This document shows, piece after piece, positions 37,871 through 51,640 of a stretch of 64,000 nt of DNA. The stretch is from the human T2T-CHM13v2.0 reference genome, Homo sapiens, in assembly GCF_009914755.1 (NCBI RefSeq), contig NC_060947.1. One strand, 5' to 3'. The stretch's first letter is position 1; the number at the start of each line of letters is the position of its first letter. The notes under the pieces are model-generated. The model saw nothing but the letters and a program-made list of their open reading frames with translations. It made no database searches and was not told the DNA's origin. The translations under genes and the position numbers were made by a program.

Positions 37871-40800
37871 GATTAAAGGGATAACCGCTCAAATCCTTTG
37901 TGGGAGCATACAGGAAACAGAATGGTGCCTGAAAAAGGGCACACCATATTTCTATCTGCCTTTGTTCTTTATGTTGCTCTTCCATAAAAGAACCACAGAA
38001 TAAGATTTTAATTTTAAAAGACGGTAGGTTTTACAAAGCTGTTGGGTTGGTAATTTAGGGGTATTTGATAGAATGTACGCGGGCTTATTTGAGAGGGGAT
38101 GGTATGAAAAAAAGAGGATGGCATGGGCTGGTGGAGATAATGTGGCACAGGTCAGTAGGCAAGAGATTGTACAGGTAGCAGAAATAGTAGCACTGCTAAC
38201 TGCTTTCTGGATTGTTTTACTGCATTAAGAGCTTATCTTGGCTCCTATTATTCATTCATCTATATAAAGTGGTACCACATTTTAGAGAGCCTAATACCAT
38301 ACTACTGACTAGGAGAGCGTTTCTTTCATCAATGCACATACATATAAAAATATCTTTGTTAGTCTGCTAAATGATCAGAGACTTATGGACAAATCACTTA
38401 ATGGGGTTATTTTTTAAATTACGTTTGTTTATTGTACCCATGTAGTTTTCCTATAGAATGGCAGAGCTTTAGAGAGTACCTTATAGTAAAGTAGATAATG
38501 ACTTATTACACTATAATTCAATTTCTACACATATACTTACAAAGGAAGAGATTAGAGATAGACAGATTAGATAGAAATTGGCTAATATTCAGTGTTCAAA
38601 TATACACTGAGCCACTCAAATCTCCCAAGTGTTTGTGAACAACTAAGTATATCTAGAGACCAACCAGAAAGATATAATCACAAAGCTGAATGTTTACACA
38701 TTCATATCTTGAATATGCTCCTGCTTATATTGCCTATTATGCAGGATAGTGTTGGCCATCGGTTTATCACTAAATGGAGAAGCATGCCACTCATTTATTA
38801 ATTTTGATAACAGTTTAGCAAAGCCATTAAGATAAGATTAGAAGCCTAACTTAACCTGCTGAATGGCCATAAATAAGGCACTTGACTTTTCTTGGCTTCC
38901 AGGTACTCTTTGTGAAAATAAAAGATAAAGAAAGGTTAGCTGACACCTTCAGGACCAACTCTGTGGCAAGGGGCAACAGAAAAGTTGTAAATTTGAGGTA
39001 CATAATAGCTTACCTATCTATATACTTTATGTTTATGAAGAGCATAAGTTTTTTAAAAACGGCTTTTCCTCTGTGGGCAATTATCTAGCAGGGTTAAGTA
39101 AACCACGCGGTGGTATTTAATAGCACATTTCCACTAAATGTCAGACCTCTGGCTCTCACATCTGTTTTGAGTTACTCAAACAGCTGTCCAAAACAGCTGT
39201 AGCAACCATGAACTTTGTTTTTTGTAACACAACAATGAGAACATGGATGGTAGTGTTAGAATAAAACTATAAAGGTCTCTGAGACATTAGCAACGTCTTG
39301 GCAGAAACTTCCACGGCAAAAATCTCAAAATTTAAATTTTTTTGAAAGATAATTCAACCAGGCAAGAAAAACTGAGATCACATAGATTAGTATTTTTAAA
39401 CCACTGGTTCAGAAAATCCATTTAGTGGGTTGCAACCAGCATTTTGTTTTTAAATAAATAAAATAGAAAAACAGCATGCACTGTATGTAGTATGGAAGGC
39501 ATCACTTGATGAAACTTTTGTTTCTGATCTTTGTATGCATATGACACTGTAAATGTGTGTGTGTACATATGGTGGGTGTATATATACATGTGTGTACATA
39601 AACACATGTACAATTTATTTTATATCTTTACCCCAGTTTGTGATGTAAAATGTTCCTCTGATATGGATAACCATCAAAACAGAGTCAGAAATCACTGTCC
39701 TGGATGTCAAAAGTGTTAAAATGACCTTTCAAGGCTCTTCCATTTGAAAGACTTTGTAATCCCAAGATGTTAAGATTCTCAAGAATTTCTGCTTAATATC
39801 AGCTGAACACATCTACCAACTGGTAAGATGTTCCTGCCAAACTTGACGGTATATGTGTGTGTACACACACATATGCCATTTTTCAAAATTAAAAAACAAA
39901 AGTGCTTTTAGTTGGAAAGAAAGCATCCAAAAACCACTTTTTTGAGTGCATCAATAATTAGCCTAATTTTTACAATAATGAAACTTTTTATCCACTTGAA
40001 TTTGGGGAGAAAAAGGCCTGTAAGAAAGCCTGAGTTAGCTGAAAGTAGCAAAACGTGAGGAAATGCCAAGATCATGGTATTACAGAATGATAGGCCAGAT
40101 TTTCCAATACCTTAGCTACTCTCTTGTGTTTTTTGTGTATTTAATTGTTTTGTTTTTTAAGAATGTGAATTTATTTTCTCAGGCCACAAGGGTACCACTG
40201 AGTAAGCCGGAACTTAAGTTAATGGAATTGGTATCGGACAAGGCTTCCTTCTCCCACATTTGAGAACTTAAATCAGCACTTAAGGCCTGAAATTCTTCCG
40301 TAAGCACTAATTTAGTAAACACTATCCAGGTGGCCTGAATTGAGTTTCCCAAGTTTCCATACAAGTAAGTAAATCAACATCAGAGATACTGACTGCTAAA
40401 TACCATATCAGAGGAGGTATATTTCTTGTCTTCCAGGAAGCTTCTACACCCATGTGGTATCTAGCTTTAAGGACTCTAAAAGCGGGACACAGGGAGATGG
40501 TGCAAAGGATTTCACCTTACAGCTAATTAGGGTGGACCAGAAACTCAGGTACAAAAAGGAGTCTAGGAAGTCAAGGCTGCCTATGAAGAAGCAGAGTCAT
40601 GAGCCTTGCTGTAGCTTCTTCTCTACTAACCTCTTGTTTAGATGTGGAAGAAATGCCCAGGGTGCCAACAGGGCAGCCAGCAACTTTCCAGAGCAGGTAA
40701 GCAAGCTGCCAGTTCAAGGGGCCAGGATCATACAGTAATCAATGATTGTACTGTGATTTGAATTTCTTTGGAGTTCTGTATCTGCAATTGACCATAAGTA

Positions 40801-42249
40801 CCTTGAAGGCAAGGAATTTGTCATTTCTTCTTTCCATCCCTACTACCTCCACTGGTACGTAGTAGGTGCTAGTAAAAGCAAGCAGGACAAAGTAATGAGG
40901 AGACACGTGAAAGCACCTGATTCTGTCAAGCCTGTGTATGATCTTCTCATTATGAATTATGACATCTAGAAGAAGGAGATACCTAAGATAGTCAGAATGG
41001 GGATGCGGGTGGCGGTGGGGGATGTGGAGGTGGGTGGAAGACAGATAAGATTTTTATCTGTTAAAATCATCACTTCAGTGGCGCTCAGCAGTGAAAAGAT
41101 GGCTGGTGCAGACATTTAAAATTAGCTTCCCCTGACGGTTCCTTAGCAACGCTCTACCAGAACATTATTGCTTTTAATGTGCACTGCACAACGTTTACTT
41201 GCACATCAAATAGCTAGGAAATGGCCATTGTTAACTGACACTGAACAAAAAGATAGGAAAAACACACTACTCAATACACCCTCCTCATTGCCCTTATGGA
41301 GAGGAACAAACAGCCCAGATTTCCTGCTGCCCGTCCCTCCCAGGCTACCCATTAGAGGTGCCAATCACTGGCCACAAAGCCTTGTGTTTTCTCCCTTTTG
41401 TTTCTCTAGGCTTTTCTTCTATTTGATCACAGGTGACTGCCACCATCCTTTTTATTCGTTGAAGGAAGGCGAGAGAGTGACTTTGTTTTATGTGAGGGGA
41501 ATAAACCAAATAAATGCCCCCAGAAACAAACAGTAGCAGCAAAACATCATCTTGGATGAAGCAAGACATCTGAAGCTCATGCAAGCCAGTGGGAAAATTC
41601 TGCAGGGTAAAATGCTGTTTTTGTATGGGGGTAAAATACGCAAGGCCAAAGTGATGAAGAAAAAGAAAAATATTAATGTCTTTCTTTGCTAAGCCTGTAT
41701 TTCCTCTATCGAAGTAAAAAATAACCAACTACTCTATGAAGATTTAATTGTCCCTATATTTAAATGATGGAGTAAGATACAATTTTTAAATATAAAGGGC
41801 ATCAGATGGCAAGTCAGAATCTCTACCACTACCAATCAGTAGGCATTGTTCTAGGCCTTGCTGTAGCACGTAGTAGCCATATGTCCCTGGCAAAGGCACT
41901 ATCAGGGCATTAATTTCCTCATCTGTAAAAGTCACATAATAATTGCTCTTCAGTAAAGGGCACCTCATAATTAACTCTTCAGACTAATGTGTGAAGCAAG
42001 TAAAATACTTGACAAATAGAGGGTGGTATTCTTATTTTTGGAAACATGTTGCCCTCACGGGTATTTGAATTCAGAGTACTCTAAACCACAAATTCACACT
42101 TAAAAATCAAATCTTTTCACCATGGACCCAAATTGCCATTCTGATACTGCGTGTTGGCTTCCATATGGAAAATACACACACCAGTTGGGTAGGGAAGCGA
42201 GTGGCCTGATCCCAGCAAATCTGAGTCCCTTCTAGGTATTGGAGCTTAC

Positions 42250-42342
42250 CTCTTGAACTAGGGAAGGAGTTGTTGAGTTGCTCCATCACCTCCTCTAACC
42301 CTGTGCTTGTGTCCTGGGGAGGACTGAGAAGATCTTCCTCAC
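42250..42342 (-). CDS. DMD: Dystrophin exon 77 (93 nt): (G)EEDLLSPPQDTSTGLEEVMEQLNNSFPSSR(G)
   Basis: Acceptor ttttattaag|GTGAGG, donor CAAGAG|gtaagc. Symmetric phase 1-1, in frame with exon 76. Confidence 0.98.
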
Positions 42343-42501
42343 CTTAATAAAAGCAAAAACAAATAATGGAAAATTACATTTATAGAAAACAGATATTAAA
42401 GGGCCATGATTACATTTTTAACACCATTATAAATTCATTTCACTTGCTCATAAATAACAAAGAAAACCCTCAAGCTTAATAATGAGGAAGTAATTCTTTA
42501 A

Positions 42502-42865
<364 letters not shown>

Positions 42866-43050
42866 TACTGCGTATCTTTTTAAAAGTTGACTAGTTACTT
42901 GAAATGTGCCCCGCACATAGAAATGATAAATACATGAGATAATGAATACTCTAAATACCCTGACTTGATCATTAACACATTCTGTGTATGCAACAAAATA
43001 TCAAATGCACTCCATAAATATGTACAAATATTATACTACAGTAAAAAACA

Positions 43051-43200
43051 GGCTGGGTGCGGTCGCTCATGCCTGTAATCCCAGCCCTTTGGGAAGCCGA
43101 GGTGGGAGGATTGTTTGCTGCCAGGAATTTGAGAGCAGCTTGGGCAACATAGTGAGACCCTGTCTCTATTTAAAAACAAAAAAACAAAAAAACAAAAAAT
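43051..43200 (+). mobile_element. Alu left monomer (FLAM_C-like) after a short L1 3' end (~42905-43045)
   Basis: ggctgggtgcggtcgctcatgcctgtaatcccagc...gagaccctgtctct plus A-rich tail. Confidence 0.88.
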
Positions 43201-45150
43201 AAATTTAAAAGTTAAAAAGAATAAAAGAAAAAGTCAATTGAAAAAGGTAAAACTGACAAGCTCTCTTTTGTGCCCCATTCACAAATGTGAAACTTTGTTC
43301 TATGTAATAAGTATTACTGCACACTTGCAGTGCTGTCTCCTCAACACAAAAGAGTAAGAATTGAACACTTTGCAGTCACTTCATGAAGGTAAGAAGGGAG
43401 TTGAGACACTGAGGTCTTTTTTTCACTCTTTGTTTTGACATTTAACCAAAAATACAAACGAAACTCAAGTACCTTTAAACTCCAATGTAATAGAAATAAA
43501 AATAGTATATATCCTATATAGGTAATGAAATATGAATATTCTAAAAACTGTAGATATGGCATATATTGGAGAGTTATGGTCCTTTCCTCTGTTACTTGGG
43601 ACTACTTTATCATAATTATGTTTTGGGTTTTATAAAGAAGACATTACAAACATTTTGACTGTTTATGTGAGGAGAGAATGATGATCTGGAAGCAAAGAAA
43701 CCTATGGATGGATGATATTCACTGGGAATGGAAATCTCCTTGTAGATTTTGTGAATCTGTGTCTGTATTGTTTGTTCATGTGTTAAAGAAATACACTTCA
43801 AACAGCATTTGCAAGTTAAAGGGAAATTTCTTAGGTGCAAACAAAATTAAACTTTAAAGGTCCTTTGAAACTAACTTTTCATAATATACAATCTTCCAAT
43901 AGTGAAAATAACTTCTATTCAAGCTCTGTTTGTTTTGCACATTGTCACTTCCATCTAAAACAAGACCTTGCTTTAGCAAGTCAACCATAATGAACTTAAT
44001 TAGGGACAACCTCAGGTTTACATCTGACTTGGAACTGCTTCGGAAGCCAGTGACTAAATGACTTAAATATGCTTCTCATTCCCTTTGGTCTATGCCACTT
44101 GGATTTTCATGTTTGATTATAATCCTGCATTTATTCCTTTTTTTTTTTTAACAGCAGAAGCTAAAAGAATCATTGCCAATGCTAACCATTAAGACAAAAT
44201 CATATTCTAGGTGGATGTGAGGCTTCATATTTTTATTAGAATGGAGGGATAAGAACGTAAGGTAGATAAAAAGCCTCAGACTACATGAGTCTCCTGGTAA
44301 CATACCACAGGAAACCTCTTTGCAATATTAAGTACAGGAAATGGGTGCTGAAGAATTAAGGTCACAAAGCAGAAAAGGAATAGTTACAAACTCTCTCTCT
44401 CCTCTTTCTCTCTCTCTTCCTCCCCCCTCACACACATGCACTATTTGCTTAAGTTTATGCCTTTAGAAAAAGAAGTGAAATTCACTATTTTTAGTTTCAT
44501 TTTTCTTGCGGTTTTAAACTACCATTATCTGGTGAAGATGAAATGAATGAAATACTACCAAGAGGATCAAGATCCTGACAACTGCAGGGCTGATTACATC
44601 TCTCTGTTTCATTACTGATGCAAATTTTTGCGGAACTGGGAAACATGAGGCATTTTTAATGGCAGTAAGTCCACTTCAGTGACAGTATGCCTCACTGAAT
44701 AAATCAGAACCAAGAGAACATCATGAACGACGCTCATGAACATCGATGTTAATATTTCTGACAGTTTAATTACATCATATTGGAGCTCTAGGAACTCAAT
44801 TGTACTGTGTTAAAATTCAGGTACAGTTCAATGAAGTGACTGGCATTCCTGTTCCTGAATTATTTCAAAGATCAAATTATAAAGTATAAACCTAATGATG
44901 TCAGCCAAGTTTATTTTTCCAGATAAACTCTCTGTGAGTCTTTAATATGAGTGTCCAAGTATAATACAAATGTAAAATTGGCTTCTTTGCTGTAATGGAA
45001 AACTTTTAAGGCAGTGATAATTGTATCCATTCAGACATTTTTTTGAGTGCCTATTACATTCTAGGTAGTATAAAAACAAGTAGAGTATAATCTTGTTTTC
45101 TTCTTTTCTCCATATTTTCATGATTTCTCAAGATGGTTTTAATGCATTGC

Positions 45151-45456
45151 TTTTTTTCTCTTTTTCTTTTTTTTTGAGATGGAGTCTTGCTCTGTCACCC
45201 AGGCTGGAGTGCAGTGGTGGAATCTCGGCTAGCTGCAACCTCTGCCTTCCGGGTTCAAGTGATTCTCCTGCCTCAGCCTCCTGAGTAGCTGGGACTACAG
45301 GCGCGTGCCACCACGCCTGGCTAATTTTTTATATTTTTTAGTAGAGACAGGGTTTCACCGTGTTAGCCAGAATAGTCTCAATCTCCTGACCTCGTGATCC
45401 ACCTGCCTCGGCCTCCCAAAGTGCTGGGATTACAGGCGTGAGCCACCACGCCCAGG
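45151..45456 (-). mobile_element. Alu (AluSc/Y-like)
   Basis: Full dimer on the minus strand. Confidence 0.95.
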
Positions 45457-45684
45457 CTCATCTCTTTTTAAGAATCGAAATCAGACATCACATATGTGCA
45501 TGAGTAGAAGTGAATCAACTCATTGAAAAATGCTTAATGCCTAATATTTTCTGTGTCAGAATATATTGTAAAAGTTAAAACAGCTAAATGAAACCTGAAG
45601 TTAAAGTAATACCATTGTAATATTTGATACTAACCCAGATTTTTAAAATGCCTTTTAAAAACCACAAAAGTTTAAAAACAGTAA

Positions 45685-46150
45685 GATTCATTTATTTATT
45701 CAAATATTTATTAAAATCCAACTATATATGCCAGGCACTGTTCAAATGGTTGAACAGTGCCTGGCATATTGTTCACTGAAGATATAGCAATAAGCAAACA
45801 AACCCCACCCACACACTCTCTCTGTGAAACTCGCATTCATAAGGAGGCACACAGGCTTAACAAGTAAATAAGTAAACTATATAGGTATCTTGAGTGGTGA
45901 TGAACACTCTGAGGAGAGGGCTAGCAAGGGACAATGAGAGTCATCAGAAAGTGGAGTCTTGGAAGTCCTCATTGATGAGATGCAGTTGAGCAAAAGCTTT
46001 AAGAACTGGAGGGTATGAGTTGCACAAGTATTTGAGGGAAAAGTGCTCCAGACAGAAGGATTGGCAAATGCAAAGACTCTGAGAGGAGAGTGTGACTGGC
46101 TTCCTCAAGCACAGCAAGAAGTCTAATGTAGATAAAGCAGAGTGAACAAA
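45685..46150 (-). mobile_element. L2 3' end containing a local inverted duplication
   Basis: attcatttatttattcaaatatttatt...tatatgccaggcactgttc is the antisense L2 terminus. Confidence 0.75.
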
Positions 46151-46169
46151 AGCTGGGAAAACAGTACTT

Positions 46170-46500
46170 CCCTGGCCTGGGGATTCGGATTTGGCCACAT
46201 AACCTGCTTTGGAAAATGGAATGTAAGCGGGCATGACAAAAGTAGAGGCTTAGAATGTCTTTGACTGGTTGGGGTTGCCCGCTTGTGTTTATGTGCACAA
46301 GAAGCACATGGCCCAGGTAGCTTGCTAGCCCAAGAAGGATGAGAGACATGTTGAACAGACCTGAACCCAAACCACAACTTGGTGTCAAGTCCAGCTGATT
46401 GCCAGCAAAAGTTCAGCCAAACAACAGATGCGTGAATGAGAAATATGCAACTTGAGAATTTTGTGGTTATTTGTTATGCAGCAACAGCTGACTGATACAC
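46170..46500 (+). mobile_element. MLT1-like LTR fragment
   Basis: 3' end ttatttgttatgcagcaacagctgactgataca. Confidence 0.65.
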
Positions 46501-46578
46501 TATTATGGGCATGAAACAAGCCAGATATAATATTTATGGCTTGTCTAATCATACACTATGTAGCTACAACATAATAGG

Positions 46579-46761
46579 TGTATTAATCCATTTTCACACT
46601 GCTATAGAGATACTACCTGAGACTGGGTAATTTATAAAGGAAAGAGGTTTAATTGACTCACAGTTCCAGATGCGTGAGGAGGCCTCAGGAGGCCTCATGA
46701 TTATAAGTTTAGAATCATGGTGGAAGGCAAAGGGGAAGCAAGGCACCTCTTACATGGCAGC

Positions 46762-46806
<45 letters not shown>

Positions 46807-46993
46807 TGAAGGGGGAAGTGCCACACACTTTAAAAACCATCAGCTCTCCTGAGAACTCACTCACTATCACGAGAACAGCATGGGGGAAAACTTCTTCATG
46901 ATCCAGTCACCTCCCATCAGGTCCCTCCCCTGACACGTGGGGATTACAATTTGAGATGAGATTTAGGTGGGAACACAGAGCCAAACCATATTA
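46579..46993 (-). mobile_element. MSTA/THE1-like solo LTR with internal (GA)n and TSD ATAGG
   Basis: ATAGG at 46574-46578 and 46994-46998; consensus LTR motifs; (GA)n at ~46763-46804. Confidence 0.9.
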
Positions 46994-47282
46994 ATAGGCA
47001 ACCTCAAAATATTTCTGACTCTAACAATAATACCTGTCATCACAAGCCCCTCATCACCAAAAACAAAAACACCTTTTCACTTTTTTCACTTATTCAACAA
47101 GAAAATACTGAGTTCCAGTTGCACACTAGAGACCTGCACAGCCCTTATCCCTACTTCACAGATTCATTGCCTGCTCAAATAGCATATTGCTAGTCTTTGG
47201 GGGATTTTAAACTTAGTTGATGGCAATGCTTTAACACTTAAACTTGACTCTACTCCAAGGTGATTTCCACAAACATGCATAA

Positions 47283-47590
47283 ATAATAGATGTCAGTGTG
47301 GATGTGGTGAAAACAGAACACTTTTACACTGCTGGTGGGAATGTAAACTAGGACAACCACTATGGAAAACACTATGGAGGCTCCTTAAAGAACTAAAATG
47401 TAGAACTACCATTTGATCCAGCAGTCCCACTACTGGATATCTACCCAAAGGAAAGGAAGTCATTATGTGAAAAATATACTTGCATACCAAGATTATAGCA
47501 GCACAATTCATAATTGCAGAAATACGGAACTAGCTTAAATGCCCATCAACCAACGAGTGGATAAAGAAAATGCAGTATGTACGTGGTGTT

Positions 47591-47627
<37 letters not shown>

Positions 47628-47990
47628 CATGGAATATTAGTCATGAAAGGAATGAAATAATGGCATTCACAGCAACCTGGATGGAGTTGGAGACCATTAC
47701 TCTAAGTAAAGTAACTCAGGAATAGACAACCAAACATTGTACTTTCTCACTTATAAGTGGGAGCTAAGCTATGCGGATGCAAAGGCATGAGAATGATACC
47801 ATGGACTCTGGGGACTTGGGGGGAAGGGTGGGAGGGGGGTGAAGGATAAAAGACTACACGTTGGGTACAGTGTACACTGCTCAGGTGATGGATGCACCCA
47901 AATGTCAGAAATCACCACCGAAGAACTTATTCATGTAACCAAACACCACCTGGGTTCCCTGAAAACTACTGAAATAATAAAAAGAGAAAA
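47283..47990 (+). mobile_element. L1 3' end (L1PB / old L1PA-like) with internal (CA)n
   Basis: ttttacactgctggtgggaatgtaaactag...ctcacttataagtgggagctaagctatg...catgtaaccaaacaccacctg. Confidence 0.9.
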
Positions 47991-49021
47991 ATAATGTTTT
48001 TTGGATTATTAGCTATTTGGTCTTCCTGGCTTGTCTGATTGTGGTCCAAATAAATCACTGAAACATTTTTTAAAATAAGGAAAGACATAGTCAAAGTTAA
48101 ATAGTACCGTGATATAGCAAAATATGATAGTCTCCTTTAATCACTGCTGAAGTGAAGAAAAAAGAAGTGGGATGACTCAATTTAATCCGAGAAAAAAGAA
48201 AAGGAATGCTTTGCCATGGCAAGATATTCTTCAGTCTTCTGAAATATAACGATGGTTTCAGATCCCTTTCTTGAAGGGAAGATATCCCATCTGACTCACT
48301 TCCCTTTGATTCAAACGCTGATAATGGTTCTATCTGCTTAAAAAGTGATTTTAGCCAGAACCTACGCAGCCTATGCAGAATAGACACAAGAATTACTCCT
48401 GTGTTTTTGTCTGAATCTAAACAAATTATTTTCTCTTTTTTTTAAAAAGGAGCTGTGTACAAGAAATTATTTTTTCTCATAAAGGGGGCTGTGTATGAAC
48501 AAATACGCCCACCAACATTTTTCTTTGGATTTTAACCAGTTTCCGACTTGATGTGTTATTATCTTAGTACTTGTGTATTTCCTGCCTTTCTCCAGTATTT
48601 TTTAGAAGAAAAAGCACACTGATGTATCCAATACCCAATATTTGGCTTCAATTAATTTTTTTCCATATGATATAGGACCGATGCTTTCAATTTCACACAT
48701 AAATTCTGTGTGTAACACCTTTAATATATTATGGTGTACAATGTTGTTGCTGATTATTAGCTGATCAGTTGTGAATGGTGGTGAAAGATACTGAAACTAG
48801 TAGCTAAATTTCCTAAACGTGTGGGCTGTTCCATGTGTACACAAGAATGTATTATGCTTGATTTCTAAAATATTAACTCAACAAGCACTTTACTGATTGT
48901 TGCACAGAGTATCCTCATACAGTAACGACAATGAGCAAGACTTACATCCTGTCCTTAAGGAGCTTAAGTTCTAGGGAGTTGTAGGCAGAAGAAAGAAGTA
49001 CTAGTAACTGGCTGAAAACAT

Positions 49022-49391
<370 letters not shown>

Positions 49392-50049
49392 TCACTGAGT
49401 GAAAAGAAAGGATGCTATATTTCAGGTTAAGAACATAATGTACTCAAGGCCAAAGAGCACATTTATTCTGTTGTCAAACAGAAGGCATAAAATGCTTAAA
49501 GAGGGGAATAATATGATATAATTTGAATGGTAGAAGAGGAACTGAAGTTTCTGGAAGATAGCTTAGAAAGGGAGAGAGACCAAAGGCAGAGGAACCAATT
49601 AGGAAAGTATTCATATTGTCTGTTCAGGTAACACATGATGAGGGCTAAATTTGGGCAGAAGTAGCTGAATTGAAGAATTTTGCTCTTTTTCATAAGTAGC
49701 AAAACACACTGACCTTGGTGACTGGATTGATGGTGGTGGAACATAGCTAAGGAAGGTATGGAAGGTAAGCAGGTAAAGGAAGAAGGGGTAGAAAATGACT
49801 TTGTATAGATTGGGAAATTGGAAGAGATGCTCCAAAGGTTGATCATGATTTCAGATTAGGCTATATTTTTATTTATAATTTTATCCAGAAGATGCTCAGG
49901 TGGGAGGTCTGGGCTGGAAATCTTGACTTAAGAGTTGTCAGCATAGCAGAAGCCAAAGTATGGAAGGAGCGCCCAGGGAGAGTGAAGAACGGTGAAGGGG
50001 ATGGAGAATCTTGAGGAAAACCTTGATGTGATGTACTGAGGATACCTTA

Positions 50050-50695
50050 CCTATATGGTAATCTGGCATAAAACATTTAACCCGAACCCAATCACTTGGA
50101 TACAAGCAGACAAATTCAAATTGGGGGACATTCTACAAAACATCTAGCCCGACCTCTTCTAATATATCAATGTCATGAAAGATTTAAAGAGGCTGGAAAA
50201 GTGCTTCAGATTAAAGGAGACTACAGGGACATCACTGATCCTGAATGTAAAATATCGCTATGAAGAATATTAATTGGCAGAATTGGAGGTATTTGAATTT
50301 AAATTCTACATTATATAACAGTATTGTTCTTTTTGAGCATGATAATTGTGCTTATGCAAGAATATCTTTCATTTTAGAAGGCACGTGTTCAAGTGTTTAG
50401 GGGTGAAGTGTTATGTATGAAACCTAACCATTGGGTGGATCAGTGAAAAAAAAATCCACAAACTATATACACGCATGAATATGATTAAATATGCACATAA
50501 AATATAAACATATACAGTATATAAAAATATGTTAACATACAGATATACATGTTAATCTAAATATATGCAATCCATTTAACAACACATGAATGTAAAAGTA
50601 CATAAATAAATAGCTATAAAGCAAATGTGGCAAACTGTTGAATTAATTGCAGTTTTGCCATAAGTTTGAAATTGTTCTAAATAAAAAGCTAGGGA
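50050..50695 (+). mobile_element. Old L1 3'UTR (L1MC-like)
   Basis: cagacaaattcaaattgggggacattctacaaaa...gtgcttcagattaaaggagacta. Confidence 0.7.
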
Positions 50696-51284
50696 GCCAT
50701 TATGTCATAAACCTCAAATGTACATGATAAATTTTTTAAAAAGCAAAGGAACAGTTTAATTTTTAAATCAATAAAATATAAAATGCTTCAAAAAACAGTA
50801 ATCTGGTGGAAAGTTAGGAGTCATCAGAGATAAGGAGTTGTCTGGACATCACAGATTTGTATATGGAGCCCATGAGAGCCAATAGGGGATAAACATTGTT
50901 AATTGCTATTTTGTTCTGTATTTGCTTCCTCCAATAGAATGTACATTTCATTAGCACATTGTCTCAGTAAGAACTGTACAGAATACAAATGGTACATAGA
51001 GACTCAGTGATAAGTATTTCATGGCTTGAGGAAATATGTTGACTCTTTAGACACATCACCTAATATGACTTGTCTCATGTTTCACTTAAAAGAAAATCAG
51101 TCATCGGGGTTGCATATTTAAAGAATGCAGCTCTATCCAGAATGTGGTTCAGCAGATCCCAGCCTTGTATCTCAAACCTTCAAAGCCCAAGTATATACAC
51201 TGCATTTATTTAAACACCTGTGTGCATCCTTCAAGAAGACGGTAAGGCTTTTTTCCTTTTTAAATGAAGTTAGCTTATGCAGTT

Positions 51285-51640
51285 CGATATGGTTTGGTTC
51301 TGTGTCCCCATCCAAATCTCATGTTGAATTGTAATCCCCATGTGCTGCGGGAGGGGTCCGGTGGGAGGTGACTGGATCATGGGGGCGGTTTCCCCCATGC
51401 TGTTCTCATGATAGTGAGTTCGCATAAGATCTGATGGTTTAAAAGTGTGGCAGTTCTCCCCTCGCTTTCTCTCTCCTGCCGCTATGTAGCACATGCCTTG
51501 CTTCCCCTTCACCTTCCCCCATGATTGTAAGTTTCCTGAGGCCTCCCCAGCCTTGTGGAACTGAGTCAATAAACCTCTTTCTTCATAAATTACCCAGTCT
51601 CAGGTAGTTCTTTATAGCAGTGTGAAAACAGATTAATACA
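51285..51640 (+). mobile_element. MSTA/THE1-like solo LTR, TSD CAGTT
   Basis: CAGTT at 51280-51284 and 51641-51645; gatatggtttgg...aataaacctctt...taataca. Confidence 0.92.
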
